64,000 nt of DNA from NCBI GenBank assembly GCA_963842525.1, contig CAWJGT010000003.1, forward strand, positions 1,152,001 through 1,216,000, given 5' to 3'. This document shows positions 20,431 to 30,438 of the stretch, piece by piece. The first letter of the stretch is position 1; each line of letters opens with the position of its first letter. The DNA is from an uncultured Holophagales bacterium (lineage in GTDB: Bacteria > Acidobacteriota > Thermoanaerobaculia > Multivoradales > UBA5704). The notes beneath the pieces were generated by a model that saw only the letters and a list, made by a program, of their open reading frames with translations, was not told where the DNA came from and ran no database searches. A program made the position numbers and the translations under genes.

Positions 20431-21516
20431 TCATTTTGGCTTCTCTGCCGGCTTTCTGTACGCCTGGAACCATTCGAGGATGCGGCGGTCGCGGTCCTCG
20501 CGGTTGCGGGAGAGGCCGTGGTCGTCGCCGGCGTACATGGTCAGGCTGTAGGTCTTGCCGAGCTCCTGGAGCCGGGAGGCGAGCCGTAGGGCTTCCGCAG
20601 GATCGACGCGCCAATCGGCTGTGCCGTGCAGGATCAGCACGGGGACCTCGATCCGGTCCGCCCAGTGGAGGACCGAGCGCTCGCGGAGAACCTCGGACCT
20701 GCGGGTGGCGTAGTCCGGGATGAGCTCGGCATAGACCTCCTGCATCTCGGGCCGGTGCTTGGCGGTGGCTTCGAGGTCCGTGGGGCCCGCGCCGACCACG
20801 GCCGCGTTGACCGGGATGTGCTGCTTCAGTGCCAGGTACGTCATCATGCCGCCGCGGGAATGCCCGTAGAGGAAGACGTTCCCGGGATCGGCATACCCGA
20901 GGGAACGGATGAGCGGGATCAGGTTCAGGACGTCCCGCACATCCGCGCCCCCGAACTCCTCGCGCCCCTCTCCGCCGCCGTTGCCGCGGTACTGCGAAGC
21001 GACGACCACGTAGCCGGCTTCGAGGAACTGCAGAAAGCCGATCATCCGTTCCTCTTCGAGCTGGCCGAACGCCTGGTTCCCGCCCCGGTTGAAGATCACC
21101 ACGGGGAGACGTCGCTCCGGCGTGCCCGCGGGCTTGAAGAGGAAGCCTGCCACCTGCAGGCCGTCGCTCAGGTAGCGGATCTTCAGGCACTCGTATTTGC
21201 CGTTCCTGAAAGCTTTCTCGAAGCCTTCTTGCCAAGGCGGCCTTCTCGCCAGCAGCTCCTCGCGGACCCGCTGGAGGTTCGGGAGCTCGGCCCCGGCCGC
21301 TGCCGCTTCGCGCGCCCGCGCCTCGAGCAGCTCGAGCTGGCTCTTCACCTCGGCGGCGGTGCGTGCTGCGAGCTCCTCATAGGTCACGGCGTGGAGCGTA
21401 CAGGGGGACTGCGCCACGAGGGTGCCGTCCGGCCTGGCCGCGCCGCCGGGCTGGGCGGCGAGAGGGTGAGCGAGCCACAGACAGGAGACCAGCACAAGCA
21501 GCGCTCTGTATTGCAT
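20431..21516 (-). CDS. Secreted S9 (prolyl oligopeptidase family) alpha/beta hydrolase
   Basis: Signal peptide; GHSRGG nucleophile; HGTADWRV; GDDHG. Confidence 0.9.
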   Translation of the reverse strand: MQYRALLVLVSCLWLAHPLAAQPGGAARPDGTLVAQSPCTLHAVTYEELAARTAAEVKSQLELLEARAREAAAAGAELPNLQRVREELLARRPPWQEGFEKAFRNGKYECLKIRYLSDGLQVAGFLFKPAGTPERRLPVVIFNRGGNQAFGQLEEERMIGFLQFLEAGYVVVASQYRGNGGGEGREEFGGADVRDVLNLIPLIRSLGYADPGNVFLYGHSRGGMMTYLALKQHIPVNAAVVGAGPTDLEATAKHRPEMQEVYAELIPDYATRRSEVLRERSVLHWADRIEVPVLILHGTADWRVDPAEALRLASRLQELGKTYSLTMYAGDDHGLSRNREDRDRRILEWFQAYRKPAEKPK

Positions 21517-21583
21517 CGGGTCTCTCCTCCACATCTTTGAGCAAACCGTTTCGCGGAGCCGATTCTAGGACATGAATCCTCCC

Positions 21584-21612
21584 TTGACGCTGTCTTTCCG
21601 GCCCCATAAGCT
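21584..21612 (+). promoter_or_regulatory. Putative sigma70 promoter of the amine oxidase gene
   Basis: TTGACG-17 bp-TAAGCT. Confidence 0.5.
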
Positions 21613-21655
21613 CCCCCGAGCTCGCGCAAGAATGTATCCCGAGAAGGAGATATCG

Positions 21656-23645
21656 ATGCAAGCAGTCAGGCTGCAGGCTTTGCTCTGGACGGTCGCCCTT
21701 GTTCTGCTCCTGGGAGGACCGGTGCCCGGCACGGCGCAGCAGGCCACCCATCCCCTCGATCCGCTGAGCGCTGACGAGATCCGCGCGGCGTCCCGCGCTC
21801 TCCATGCCAGGCCGGGCTTTCCTCCGGGCGCGGCCTTCGCCCAGATGTCCTTGAACGATCCTCCCAAGCAGGAGATCCTGAGGTACCAGGGTGGCCGCTC
21901 GTTCACCCGGCAGGTCTTCGCGATCCTCTACGACCGGAAGACGAACAAGACCTTTGAAGCCCTGGTCAACGTCAAGGATCTGAACAGCCCCAAGGTCGAC
22001 TCCTGGAAGGAGGTCCCGGGAGTCCAGCCCATGGTGCTCGAGGAGGACGGCGACATCCTCGAAGAGGTCCTCCGGGACGATGAGGGTTGGAACGCGGCCG
22101 TCGAGGCCCGCGGCCTGTCGCCCGACGACGTCACGATCGACTATTGGGCCGTGGGCACGGTCCCCGAGCAGTACCGGGGACGGAGGCTGCTGCGTGGGTT
22201 GACCTACTATCAGGCCGACGCCGCCAACTTCTACGGCCAGCCCGTCGAGGGGATCACCGCCCTGGTGGACCTGAACAGCCGGGAGGTCCTGGAGCTGCAC
22301 CAACACCCCCGACCCGCCACTGCCCGGTCCCGGCCAGGACTTCGACGAGGCCTCCATCCGCGAGAGCCTCGGCAAGCTGCGGGAGCCCCCGAGGCCGCTC
22401 TCGATCACTCAGCCCGAGGGCCCGAGCTTCGAGGTCCGCGGCAACGAGGTTTCCTGGCAGAAATGGCGCTTCCGTTACCTGATGCACCCGCGGGAGGGTC
22501 TCGTTCTCTATCTGGTGAGCTACGAGGACCCGAAGGGCAAGCCGCAACCGGTCCTCTATCGCGCCTCCTTCTCGGAGATGGCCGTGCCGTACGGCGACCC
22601 CGCGGGGAACTGGAACTGGCGCTGCGCCTTCGACGTCGGCGAATACGGGGTGGGCAAGAGCTCGGGCACTATCGCGCCCAAGCTCGACGCCCCTGAAAAC
22701 GCCGTGCTGTTCAACACCGTCTTCGCGAACGACCTGGGGCGGCCGGTGGTGTACCAGAACGTCGTCGGGATCTATGAACGGGACGGCGGGCTCCTCTGGA
22801 AGCACTGGGAGACGGGCGGCGACCAGTGGAACAACGAATCCCGCCGCGGACGTGAGCTGGTGGTCTTCTCGATCGCCACGGTGGGCAACTACGACTATTC
22901 GATCAACTGGATCTTCCGCCAGGACGCAGCGATCACGGTGGAGGCCGGCCTGACCGGCATTATGCTTCCCAAGGGTATCGTCCAGGAGACCCACTCCCAC
23001 GACGCGAGCGGGCACCTCGTGGCGCGCCGGGTGGTCGCCCCGCACCACCAGCACATCCTCAACTTCCGGCTGGACTTCGACGTCTACGGCACCGGGAACT
23101 CAGTCGCCGAGATGAACACGCACTCCATGCCGCCGGGGCCGGAGAACCCGTCGGGCACCGCCATGGTCATGGAGGAGAAGGTCCTGCCGCGCGAGAAGGA
23201 CGCCCAGCGCGACATGAGCCTTGCCGACGCCCGCACCTGGCGAGTCCTCAATCCGGTGCAGAAGAATTCGCTCGGCCAGGAGCGTGGCTTTATCCTGGTG
23301 CCGGGACCGAACTCGGTCCCCTACGCCCTGGAGGGGTCGCTGGCCCGGAGGCGGGCCGGCTTCATGGACCATCATATCTGGGTCACCCGCTACCGGCCGG
23401 GGGAGCTGTATGCGGCCGGCGACTATCCGAACCAGAGCGAGGGAGGCGACGGCCTGCCGCTCTACACCTCCAAGAACGAGTCGATCGAGAACACGGACGT
23501 GGTGCTCTGGTACACCATGAACGTCACCCACATCCCGCGGCCGGAGGAGTGGCCTGTCATGCCGACCACCAACGTGGGCTTCCGCCTGATCCCGGCCAGC
23601 TTCTTCGATGCCAACCCGGCGCTGGACGTGCCGTTGCCGCGGTAG
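21656..23645 (+). CDS. tynA: Copper-containing primary amine oxidase (frameshift near 22300)
   Basis: HPLDPLSADEI; TPQ motif TVGNYDY; Cu ligands HHQH and HIPRPEEWPVMP. Confidence 0.9.
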
Positions 23646-23676
23646 AAGCTCGTTGAAGGCGTGAAAGGGAGCTTGC

Positions 23677-24489
23677 TCAGAGCGCCATGAAGGACTCGGC
23701 CGCAGCGGGCTCGGCCTTGACCTCTTCCTCTTGTTCTGCGGTCGGGACGGCCCCTGTGTTCTGGACGAACGTCTGGACGATCTGGGTGGCCTGATGGAGA
23801 TAGTCGAGAACCTGGCTCACCCCGGTCTCGAGGACAGCCGCCTCCCCAGCGGGGGAGCTGGCCACAGCCGCGACGACTTCCGCAGGTTGGCGGATGGGGG
23901 AGGAATCGACCTGGAGTCGCCGGCAGAGGTCCAGCCCACGGGGCGACAGACAGTAGAAGGAGGTCGCGGAGCTCCCCTGGGCCCTGCCCTGGACCCGCAG
24001 CAGGAGACCTTCGGAATGGAGCTGGGCCAGAACCTGTCCGACCCTCGCAGGGGTCGGCGCATCGGGCAGGGTCAACTCGGCATGGACCTCCCGGCGTCGC
24101 AGATATCGTCCCCGGCGCTCCAACAGAACCCGCAGGACCTCCCGCTCGACCTGCGAACGCTCGTGGCTGGCGAGCCTGGACTCGAGCCGCAGCCCTTCGA
24201 GCGCCCGGTCGGCGGTCCGGAAGAGCAGGAGGGTCGAAGCGAGCTCGAGCGCGATCCGGACGCGAGGATCCGAGATCTCGGGTAGGTATTCTTCGAGGAG
24301 CGGTTGCGCCTCCAGGAAGTAGTCCAGGAACCGGCGAGGAGCCTCGAGGTCGCCCTGCGCTACCTTCTGCCAGAGCAGGGACATCGCATGCCGGAGATAA
24401 GCGCTGCAGAGATCCGGCTCTCCGGTCTCGCTCTCCGCAAGCCTCTCCAGCTCTCGCAGGAGCTGGTCCTGGAGGCTCGCCGAGGTCAT
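23677..24489 (-). CDS. Hypothetical protein with a C-terminal winged-helix domain
   Basis: EVLRVLL..YLRRREVH..TPARVGQVLAQLHSEGLL..YCLSPRG follows a wHTH pattern. Confidence 0.65.
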   Translation of the reverse strand: MTSASLQDQLLRELERLAESETGEPDLCSAYLRHAMSLLWQKVAQGDLEAPRRFLDYFLEAQPLLEEYLPEISDPRVRIALELASTLLLFRTADRALEGLRLESRLASHERSQVEREVLRVLLERRGRYLRRREVHAELTLPDAPTPARVGQVLAQLHSEGLLLRVQGRAQGSSATSFYCLSPRGLDLCRRLQVDSSPIRQPAEVVAAVASSPAGEAAVLETGVSQVLDYLHQATQIVQTFVQNTGAVPTAEQEEEVKAEPAAAESFMAL

Positions 24490-24625
24490 CCGACGGCCGT
24501 CGCTGCGAAGTGTGGGTCCCTTCCACGGCTCGCCTCCTTTGCCGGTGGCCTCGGAGAGCTCTTCCCCAGGGCCGTTTCCTGTTTCTATCTCTTTTGGGCA
24601 GGAGTGTCAAGCTCAGAGGAGTACC

Positions 24626-26255
24626 CTATTTTCTCTTTCTTGCGGTTTCCCCTTCGCCCCAATGGACCCCAAGGTCGACGATCAGCCCAAGCTCCCTCTT
24701 CCCGCCGAGCCAGGAGAGCCCGGCTCGCGACAGGTCTCCCGGCGACGATTTGTCCGGCCATCCCTTCGGGGGCTTTGAAGAGCGGAAGTTGAAAAACTCC
24801 GGGTCGTGCTCATAGCGCCAACGGAAGTACGTGGAGGCTTCTCCTTCGGGCTCATAGAGTGCGACGTTGCAGATCGCAAGACTGGGATTCCCCGTCGTGG
24901 GTGGGGTGCAGATGCAGTGGGCATTGACGAATATCGTGCCGATCCACTGTTCCGCCATCTCTTCCGCGAACCGTTCGAACGGCCCAGTTTCGTGGGACAT
25001 GGAGACCAGGAACAGGAGGTCGGGGCGTAGCTCCCGAACGAGGGGGACATAGTCTTGAGGATCTTTCTCCAGGGCGTCGGCACAGATGAGGACCGCCAGC
25101 GTCCCGAGAGAGGTCTCAAGGATCTGGAGCTCCGAGCCCCCCTTGATGCCTTCCAGGAGCTCGCCCGTGACCTTGTCGGAGGGAGGGTGGAAGAGCGGGC
25201 TCTTGGCCGCCGCGCCTCCGGTGATTTTGTAGCGCCCCCGCTTCTGATGGCGGAGGAGGTCCAGACCGGGACGGTGGAGCAGAACGGACTCGTTGAAGGG
25301 CAGGTTCTCCACCGCGGACGACCATACGTGAAAGCTGCCCGCGATCACGCCATAAGGAATCCGGGAACGGCGCCGCTGGAGCGATTCAGACAGAAAGCGG
25401 CGGCTCTCCGGAGGAACGCAGAAGCTCGGGCAGGACGATCAAGTGGACCACCTGATTCCGCGCGGCCTCCAGGACCTCGGCAAGATGGATTTCGAGGCTC
25501 TCTCGGTTCCGATAGGGCTCGGACTTCCCGATGGAGAACGTGTTGCCTTTCGACCCCACTTCGAAGAGGGGGTGGAACTCGCCGGCGAGCGGACAGAGGG
25601 CGATCCGGAAGCCCGCGGATCCTTTCGTGGCGTCATACCCGCTGTCTTCGATCAGGGACAGATCGCGCTCCGGGCAGGTCACTACGCAGACATGAGGTTT
25701 CTGATCGTCGACCCAGAAGAGGCGGAGCGTGTTGAGGTGGTCGATCGGGTTGGGTGCCGGGGGCAGAGGCCGGTTCGGTGGAGCGGCGTCGTACCTGGAG
25801 CGGCGCAGGGCAGCCAGCTCGGTTCCCCAGGGGCGGAGCCAGTGGCGGATCGTGCCGCGGACCGGGGGACGGTTCTCGTGCTTCAAGGGGTCCAGCTCGG
25901 TGTAGGGCGGAAACGCCAGGCTCTCGCCAGGACGGGAGTGGGGGCTGAAGTGATTCTCGATGACTTGGAGGGCTCCGACCAGACGGCGATAGAGGGGCTC
26001 GGGAGCCAGGTCGAGGGACAGCGCTTCGAGATCGGCCAGCGTCTTCTCCAGCGTCCCTGGGGCTTGCTCTTCGTCCCACCGGGTCAGCCCCGGGACGCGT
26101 TTTTCCTTCAACAGCAGAGAGCAGACTGCGAAGAGGTGCGCGGCGAGGTGGATCGGCTCGTAGTCTCCCTTCTGTCGGGCCAGGGCGGCGCGCTCCTTGA
26201 TCATCTGGATGGCGGCCAGTAAATCCAAGCGCGGTGACGTGTTCTGTGGCTCCAT
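24626..26255 (-). CDS. Carbon-nitrogen hydrolase (nitrilase-fold) protein with an N-terminal extension (frameshift near 25420)
   Basis: E-K-C triad contexts LIVLPEL, RHQK and AVLICAD; also AGSFH and PFNES. Joins ORFs 25386..26255 and 24626..25348. Confidence 0.7.
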
Positions 26256-26332
26256 ACCTCCAAGTTACTTCCGGCCGAGATCTTTGACAAGAGGGTAAAC
26301 GGGAAGCCGTTCTCCCACGGTAGGATGGGGAG

Positions 26333-27688
26333 ATGACGCGAGAGGTCCGTTTTCCCGAAGGGTTCCTGTGGGGGGCGTCCACCTCGGCCTTCCAGGTCGA
26401 GGGCTCGCCCCTGGCGGACGGGGCGGGGCAGAGCATCTGGTACCGCTTCACCCACACGCCCGGCCTGGTCGCCGGCGGCGACACTGGCGACGTCGCCAGC
26501 GACCACTACCGCCTCTGGGAGTCCGACGTGCGGCTGATGCGTGAGCTCGGCCTCAATGCCTACCGCTTCGGCATCGCCTGGCACCGCGTTTTGCCGGAGG
26601 GGACCGGCCGGGTGAACGAAAAGGGCCTGGACTTCTACAGGCGGCTGGTGGACTCGCTCCTCGACAACGGCATCCGGCCCATGATCACCCTGTTCCATTG
26701 GGACCTGCCGGCTGCGCTCGACGACCGGGGCGGCTGGCTCAACCGGGACAGCGCGAGCTGGTTCGCCGAGTACGCCCGTGTGGCCTATCAGGCCCTGGAC
26801 GATCGCGTGGACCTGTGGACGACTCTGAACGAGCCCTGGGTGGTCACCGACGGTGGCTATCTCCAAGGCGTCCTGGCGCCCGGCCACAGAAACGTTTTCG
26901 AAGCCCCCATCGCCTCGCACAACCTGTTGCGTGCCCATGCCGCGGCCGTGGAAGCCTACCGCGCCGAAGGGCGGCACCAGATCGGGATCGTCGTCAACCT
27001 GGAGCCCAAGTACCCGGCCACCGACCGGCTCGAGGATCTGGAAGCGACCGCCCGTGCCGACGCCTACATCAACCGCCAGTACCTCGATCCGCTCTTCCTC
27101 GGCCGCTATCCCGCCGAGATGCGCGAGATCTTCGGCGAGGCCTGGCCCGACTTTCCTGAGGCCGACCTGGACCACATCCGCCGGCCGATCGACTTCCTGG
27201 GGATCAACTACTACACCCGCAAGGTGACCCGGCACGATCCGGCCGCGCCGCCCGTCTGCGCCGGCGGTGTCCGGCAGCGCCAGGCCACCCACACCGAGAC
27301 CGACTGGGAGGTCTATCCCCAGGGCCTCGCCGATTGTCTCCTCGGTGTGAAGCACCGTTACGGCGACATTCCCCTCTATGTCACCGAGAACGGCGCCGCC
27401 TTTTACGACCCGCCGGCCGCGGACGGCCGGATCGAGGACCCATTACGGGTCGACTACCTGCGCGAGCACCTTAGGGTCGCCTACCAGGTGATCCAGGAAG
27501 GAGTGGACCTGCGCGGCTATTTTGCCTGGTCGCTCCTCGACAACTTCGAGTGGAGCCATGGCTATTCGAAGCGTTTTGGCATCGTCCACGTGGACTATGC
27601 CACCCAGCGACGAACGCCGAAGGCGAGCGCGCGGTTCTATTCGGAGGTGATCCGGACGAAGGGGGCGGTGCTGGGCGGCAACGATTGA
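26333..27688 (+). CDS. GH1 beta-glucosidase
   Basis: FPEGFLWGASTSAFQVEG; TLNEP; VTENG; WSLLDNFEW. Confidence 0.95.
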   Translation: MTREVRFPEGFLWGASTSAFQVEGSPLADGAGQSIWYRFTHTPGLVAGGDTGDVASDHYRLWESDVRLMRELGLNAYRFGIAWHRVLPEGTGRVNEKGLDFYRRLVDSLLDNGIRPMITLFHWDLPAALDDRGGWLNRDSASWFAEYARVAYQALDDRVDLWTTLNEPWVVTDGGYLQGVLAPGHRNVFEAPIASHNLLRAHAAAVEAYRAEGRHQIGIVVNLEPKYPATDRLEDLEATARADAYINRQYLDPLFLGRYPAEMREIFGEAWPDFPEADLDHIRRPIDFLGINYYTRKVTRHDPAAPPVCAGGVRQRQATHTETDWEVYPQGLADCLLGVKHRYGDIPLYVTENGAAFYDPPAADGRIEDPLRVDYLREHLRVAYQVIQEGVDLRGYFAWSLLDNFEWSHGYSKRFGIVHVDYATQRRTPKASARFYSEVIRTKGAVLGGND

Positions 27689-27766
27689 AAGGGCTCCCCT
27701 GGTTCGAAATCAGAGCTTGTCACTCCGCCTCCTGGAGAGGATGATGGGGGCGAGAGGAGGTTTGCC

Positions 27767-29410
27767 ATGAGACAGCACAAGCTTTTCGCATTCGTCGTCG
27801 CCGGCTGGCTCGCCGTCCTGCCGACGGCTGCCCAGCAGACCCACGCGCACCATCATCCCGAGGCGGAGACCCTGGGCCGCGTCCACTTCCCGGTCACCTG
27901 CAAGCCCGGGAGCCAGGCCGGGTTCGACCGGGCCGTGGCCCTCCTGCACTCCTTCGGCTATGAGCTGGCCCGCGACGCGTTCGCCGCGGTCGCGCAGCAG
28001 GACCCGGAGTGCGCCATGGCCCACTGGGGCGTGGCCATGACCTATTACCATCCGATCTGGGCGCCGCCCACTCCGGCGGAGCTCGCCGCGGGGCGGGCAG
28101 CCGCCGAGCAGGCGGCCCGGCTGCGGGCCGGCAGCGAGCGGGAGAAGGGTTACATCCAGGCGATCGGCACCTTCTATGCGGACGCCGGCAAGCTCGACCA
28201 CCGCGTCCGGGCGCGGGCCTACGAGGCAGCGATGGCGAAGCTCTCTACGGCCTTTCCCGAGGACGACGAGGCCACCGTCTTCCATGCGCTGGCCCTCCTC
28301 GGCAGCGCGCCGCCCACCGATGCAACGTTCGCCCACCAGAAACGGGCGGCGGAGATCCTGAGCCGGCTCCTGCCGCGGCACGCCGACCATCCGGGGATCC
28401 TTCACTATGTGATCCACGCTTTCGACTATCCGCAGCTCGCGTCCCTGGCGTTGCCGGCGGCCCGGGCCTATGCGAAGGTCGCGCCCTCCGCTCCGCATGC
28501 CCTTCACATGCCGTCCCACATCTTCGTCCGGCTCGGCCTGTGGCAGGAATCGATCGCGTCCAATCTCGATTCGGCCGCCATGGCGAAGAAGCAGGTGGCC
28601 CGCACCCACCCCGGCGCCACGGCCTTCGACGACCTGCACGCCCTCGACTATCTGGAGTATGCCTACCTCCAACTCGGTGACGACCGGAAGGCCCGCGAGG
28701 TGCTGGAGGAGGTGGCGAAGGCATCCCGCTTCGACGAGGCGAATTTCGCCGCCGGCTATGCGCTGGTGGCGGTGCCGGCGCGTTATGCGCTGGAGCGGCG
28801 GGACTGGCGCGCGGCGGCGGCGCTCGCGGTCCCCGCGATCGAGGTCCCCTGGGAGAACTTCCCGTACGCCCGAGGGATCACGGACTTTGCCAACGCCCTG
28901 GGGGCGGCCCGCCTCGGCGACCTGGACCGGGCGCGCAAGGCGCTGGCCGGGCTGCAGGCGCTCCAGACCGGGCTGGCCAAGGCGCCGCCTGCGGGACCCT
29001 ACGACTGGGCGGGGCAGGTCGAGGCCATGCGCCTCGCGGCGGCCGGCTGGGTGGCGTTCGCCGAGGGCCGCAAGGAGGAGGCGGTGAGGCTGCTCACCGC
29101 CGCGGCGGAGAAGGAGGAGGCGGTCGGCAAACATCCGGTCTCCCCGGGGGCCGTTCTACCGGCCCGGGAGCAGTTGGGGGACGTCCTCCTCGAGCTGGGA
29201 AAGCCGCGAGAGGCCCTCGACGCCTACGAGGCCTCGCTCGCCGAAGCGCCGAAACGGTTCAACGGCTTGGCCGGCGCCGCGCGAGCCGCCGAGCTGGCCG
29301 GCGAGCCGGCACGTGCCCGCGGCTTCTACAAGGAGCTCCTGGCCCTCTGCGGACCGTCCTGCGAGCGCCCCGAAGCGCAGAGGGCGAAGGCGCTAGCCGG
29401 CGGAAGCTGA
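27767..29410 (+). CDS. Secreted TPR-like alpha-helical protein
   Basis: Signal peptide; LGRVHFPVTC; HPGILHYVIH; HALHMPSHIF; helical repeats. Confidence 0.8.
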   Translation: MRQHKLFAFVVAGWLAVLPTAAQQTHAHHHPEAETLGRVHFPVTCKPGSQAGFDRAVALLHSFGYELARDAFAAVAQQDPECAMAHWGVAMTYYHPIWAPPTPAELAAGRAAAEQAARLRAGSEREKGYIQAIGTFYADAGKLDHRVRARAYEAAMAKLSTAFPEDDEATVFHALALLGSAPPTDATFAHQKRAAEILSRLLPRHADHPGILHYVIHAFDYPQLASLALPAARAYAKVAPSAPHALHMPSHIFVRLGLWQESIASNLDSAAMAKKQVARTHPGATAFDDLHALDYLEYAYLQLGDDRKAREVLEEVAKASRFDEANFAAGYALVAVPARYALERRDWRAAAALAVPAIEVPWENFPYARGITDFANALGAARLGDLDRARKALAGLQALQTGLAKAPPAGPYDWAGQVEAMRLAAAGWVAFAEGRKEEAVRLLTAAAEKEEAVGKHPVSPGAVLPAREQLGDVLLELGKPREALDAYEASLAEAPKRFNGLAGAARAAELAGEPARARGFYKELLALCGPSCERPEAQRAKALAGGS

Positions 29411-29485
29411 TCCGGCACGATTTGAACGTGGGGGAAGAAGACAGTAAAGGGAGAGAAGCTGGAGGGGGCTGCGCGGCCCCCATGG

Positions 29486-29514
29486 AAAAAGGGCCACCCG
29501 AGTCCGGGTGGCCC
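29486..29514 (-). terminator. Rho-independent terminator of cspA
   Basis: GGGCCACCCG..CGGGTGGCCC hairpin followed by a T-tract on the minus strand. Confidence 0.8.
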
Positions 29515-29534
29515 CTATATCTCCGGAGACCCGC

Positions 29535-29744
29535 TCAGGCGATCTTGTTGACGTTCTCGGCCGCCGGGCCCTTGGCGCCCTGCACGACGTCGAACTCGAC
29601 CCGGTCTCCCTCGGCGAGGCTTTTGAAACCATCGCCCTTGATGGCCGAGTGATGAACGAAGCAGTCCTTGCTTCCATCCTCCGGCGTGATGAATCCGAAG
29701 CCCTTCGAATCGTTGAACCACTTGACTTTACCTGTGTTCCGCAT
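29535..29744 (-). CDS. cspA: Cold-shock protein
   Basis: [24 protein letters not shown]. Confidence 0.96.
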   Translation of the reverse strand: MRNTGKVKWFNDSKGFGFITPEDGSKDCFVHHSAIKGDGFKSLAEGDRVEFDVVQGAKGPAAENVNKIA

Positions 29745-29862
29745 TCTTATTCTCTCTTTCTGGCACCAAAAAACCGAAAAGACCCGGTCAGAACCAGGTC
29801 TTCGCAGAGTTTTCTGGCTGTGTTAGTCAGCCAAACCACCCATTGGCTTCGCTGACAAAGAA

Positions 29863-29891
29863 ATAGTACGTCAACCGGTGATGCAAGTCAA
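29863..29891 (-). promoter_or_regulatory. cspA promoter (long 5' UTR)
   Basis: TTGACT-17 bp-TACTAT, roughly 120 bp upstream of the ATG. Confidence 0.65.
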
Positions 29892-29988
29892 GGCCCGGGC
29901 CTGGAGCTCCTGGAGCTTGGTGACGAATGGGGAAGCAGCCCCCGGGCCTCCTTCGCAGAGGCGGCCCGGGGAGGAGCCTGGGTCTCCC

Positions 29989-30159
29989 CTACTGCGTGCC
30001 GTCGCCGCAGCAGTTGGGCCCGATGCAGCTCGTTTGGATGGCGATGGCCTCGGCTGCGGCGCCCTTGACCCGGAGGAGCTCCTGCACGGGCAGCCGTGTC
30101 GCGTCGAGCTGCAGCATGGTCTCGCGGCTCAGGGACAGCTTCTTGTCGCGCTTTTTCAT
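29989..30159 (-). CDS. Lanthipeptide precursor 2 (56 aa; not in the ORF track)
   Basis: MKKRDKKLSLSRETMLQLDATRLPVQELLRVKGA-AAEAIAIQTSCIGPNCCGDGTQ; GGGAG RBS; leader shared with precursor 1. Confidence 0.85.
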   Translation of the reverse strand: MKKRDKKLSLSRETMLQLDATRLPVQELLRVKGAAAEAIAIQTSCIGPNCCGDGTQ

Positions 30160-30171
30160 GGCCGCTCCCGA

Positions 30172-30360
30172 CTACAGGGTCTCGATGACGGTGAAGGGCT
30201 CTACGGGGTTGAACGGCCCCGGCCGGGTGCCGCACTCGGTGCAGTCCGACAGGCAGCCGGTCCAGGCCACGCCGCCGCGGGCGCGGGCAAGCTCGGCCTT
30301 CGGGTCGAGCAGGTGCAGGGTCTCTCGGTTCAGGGACAGCTTCTTGTCGCGCTTTTTCAT
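30172..30360 (-). CDS. Lanthipeptide precursor 1 (62 aa)
   Basis: Leader KKLSLNRETL..ARGG; core VAWTGCLSDCTECGT..; AGGAGG RBS. Confidence 0.85.
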   Translation of the reverse strand: MKKRDKKLSLNRETLHLLDPKAELARARGGVAWTGCLSDCTECGTRPGPFNPVEPFTVIETL

Positions 30361-30438
30361 CGTGGTTTCCTCCTTTTCGTCTGTGTACGGAGCCCCCGGG
30401 CTCCCCGGATCGAGCGCCTGAGGTGTTGGGCCCTGTCC

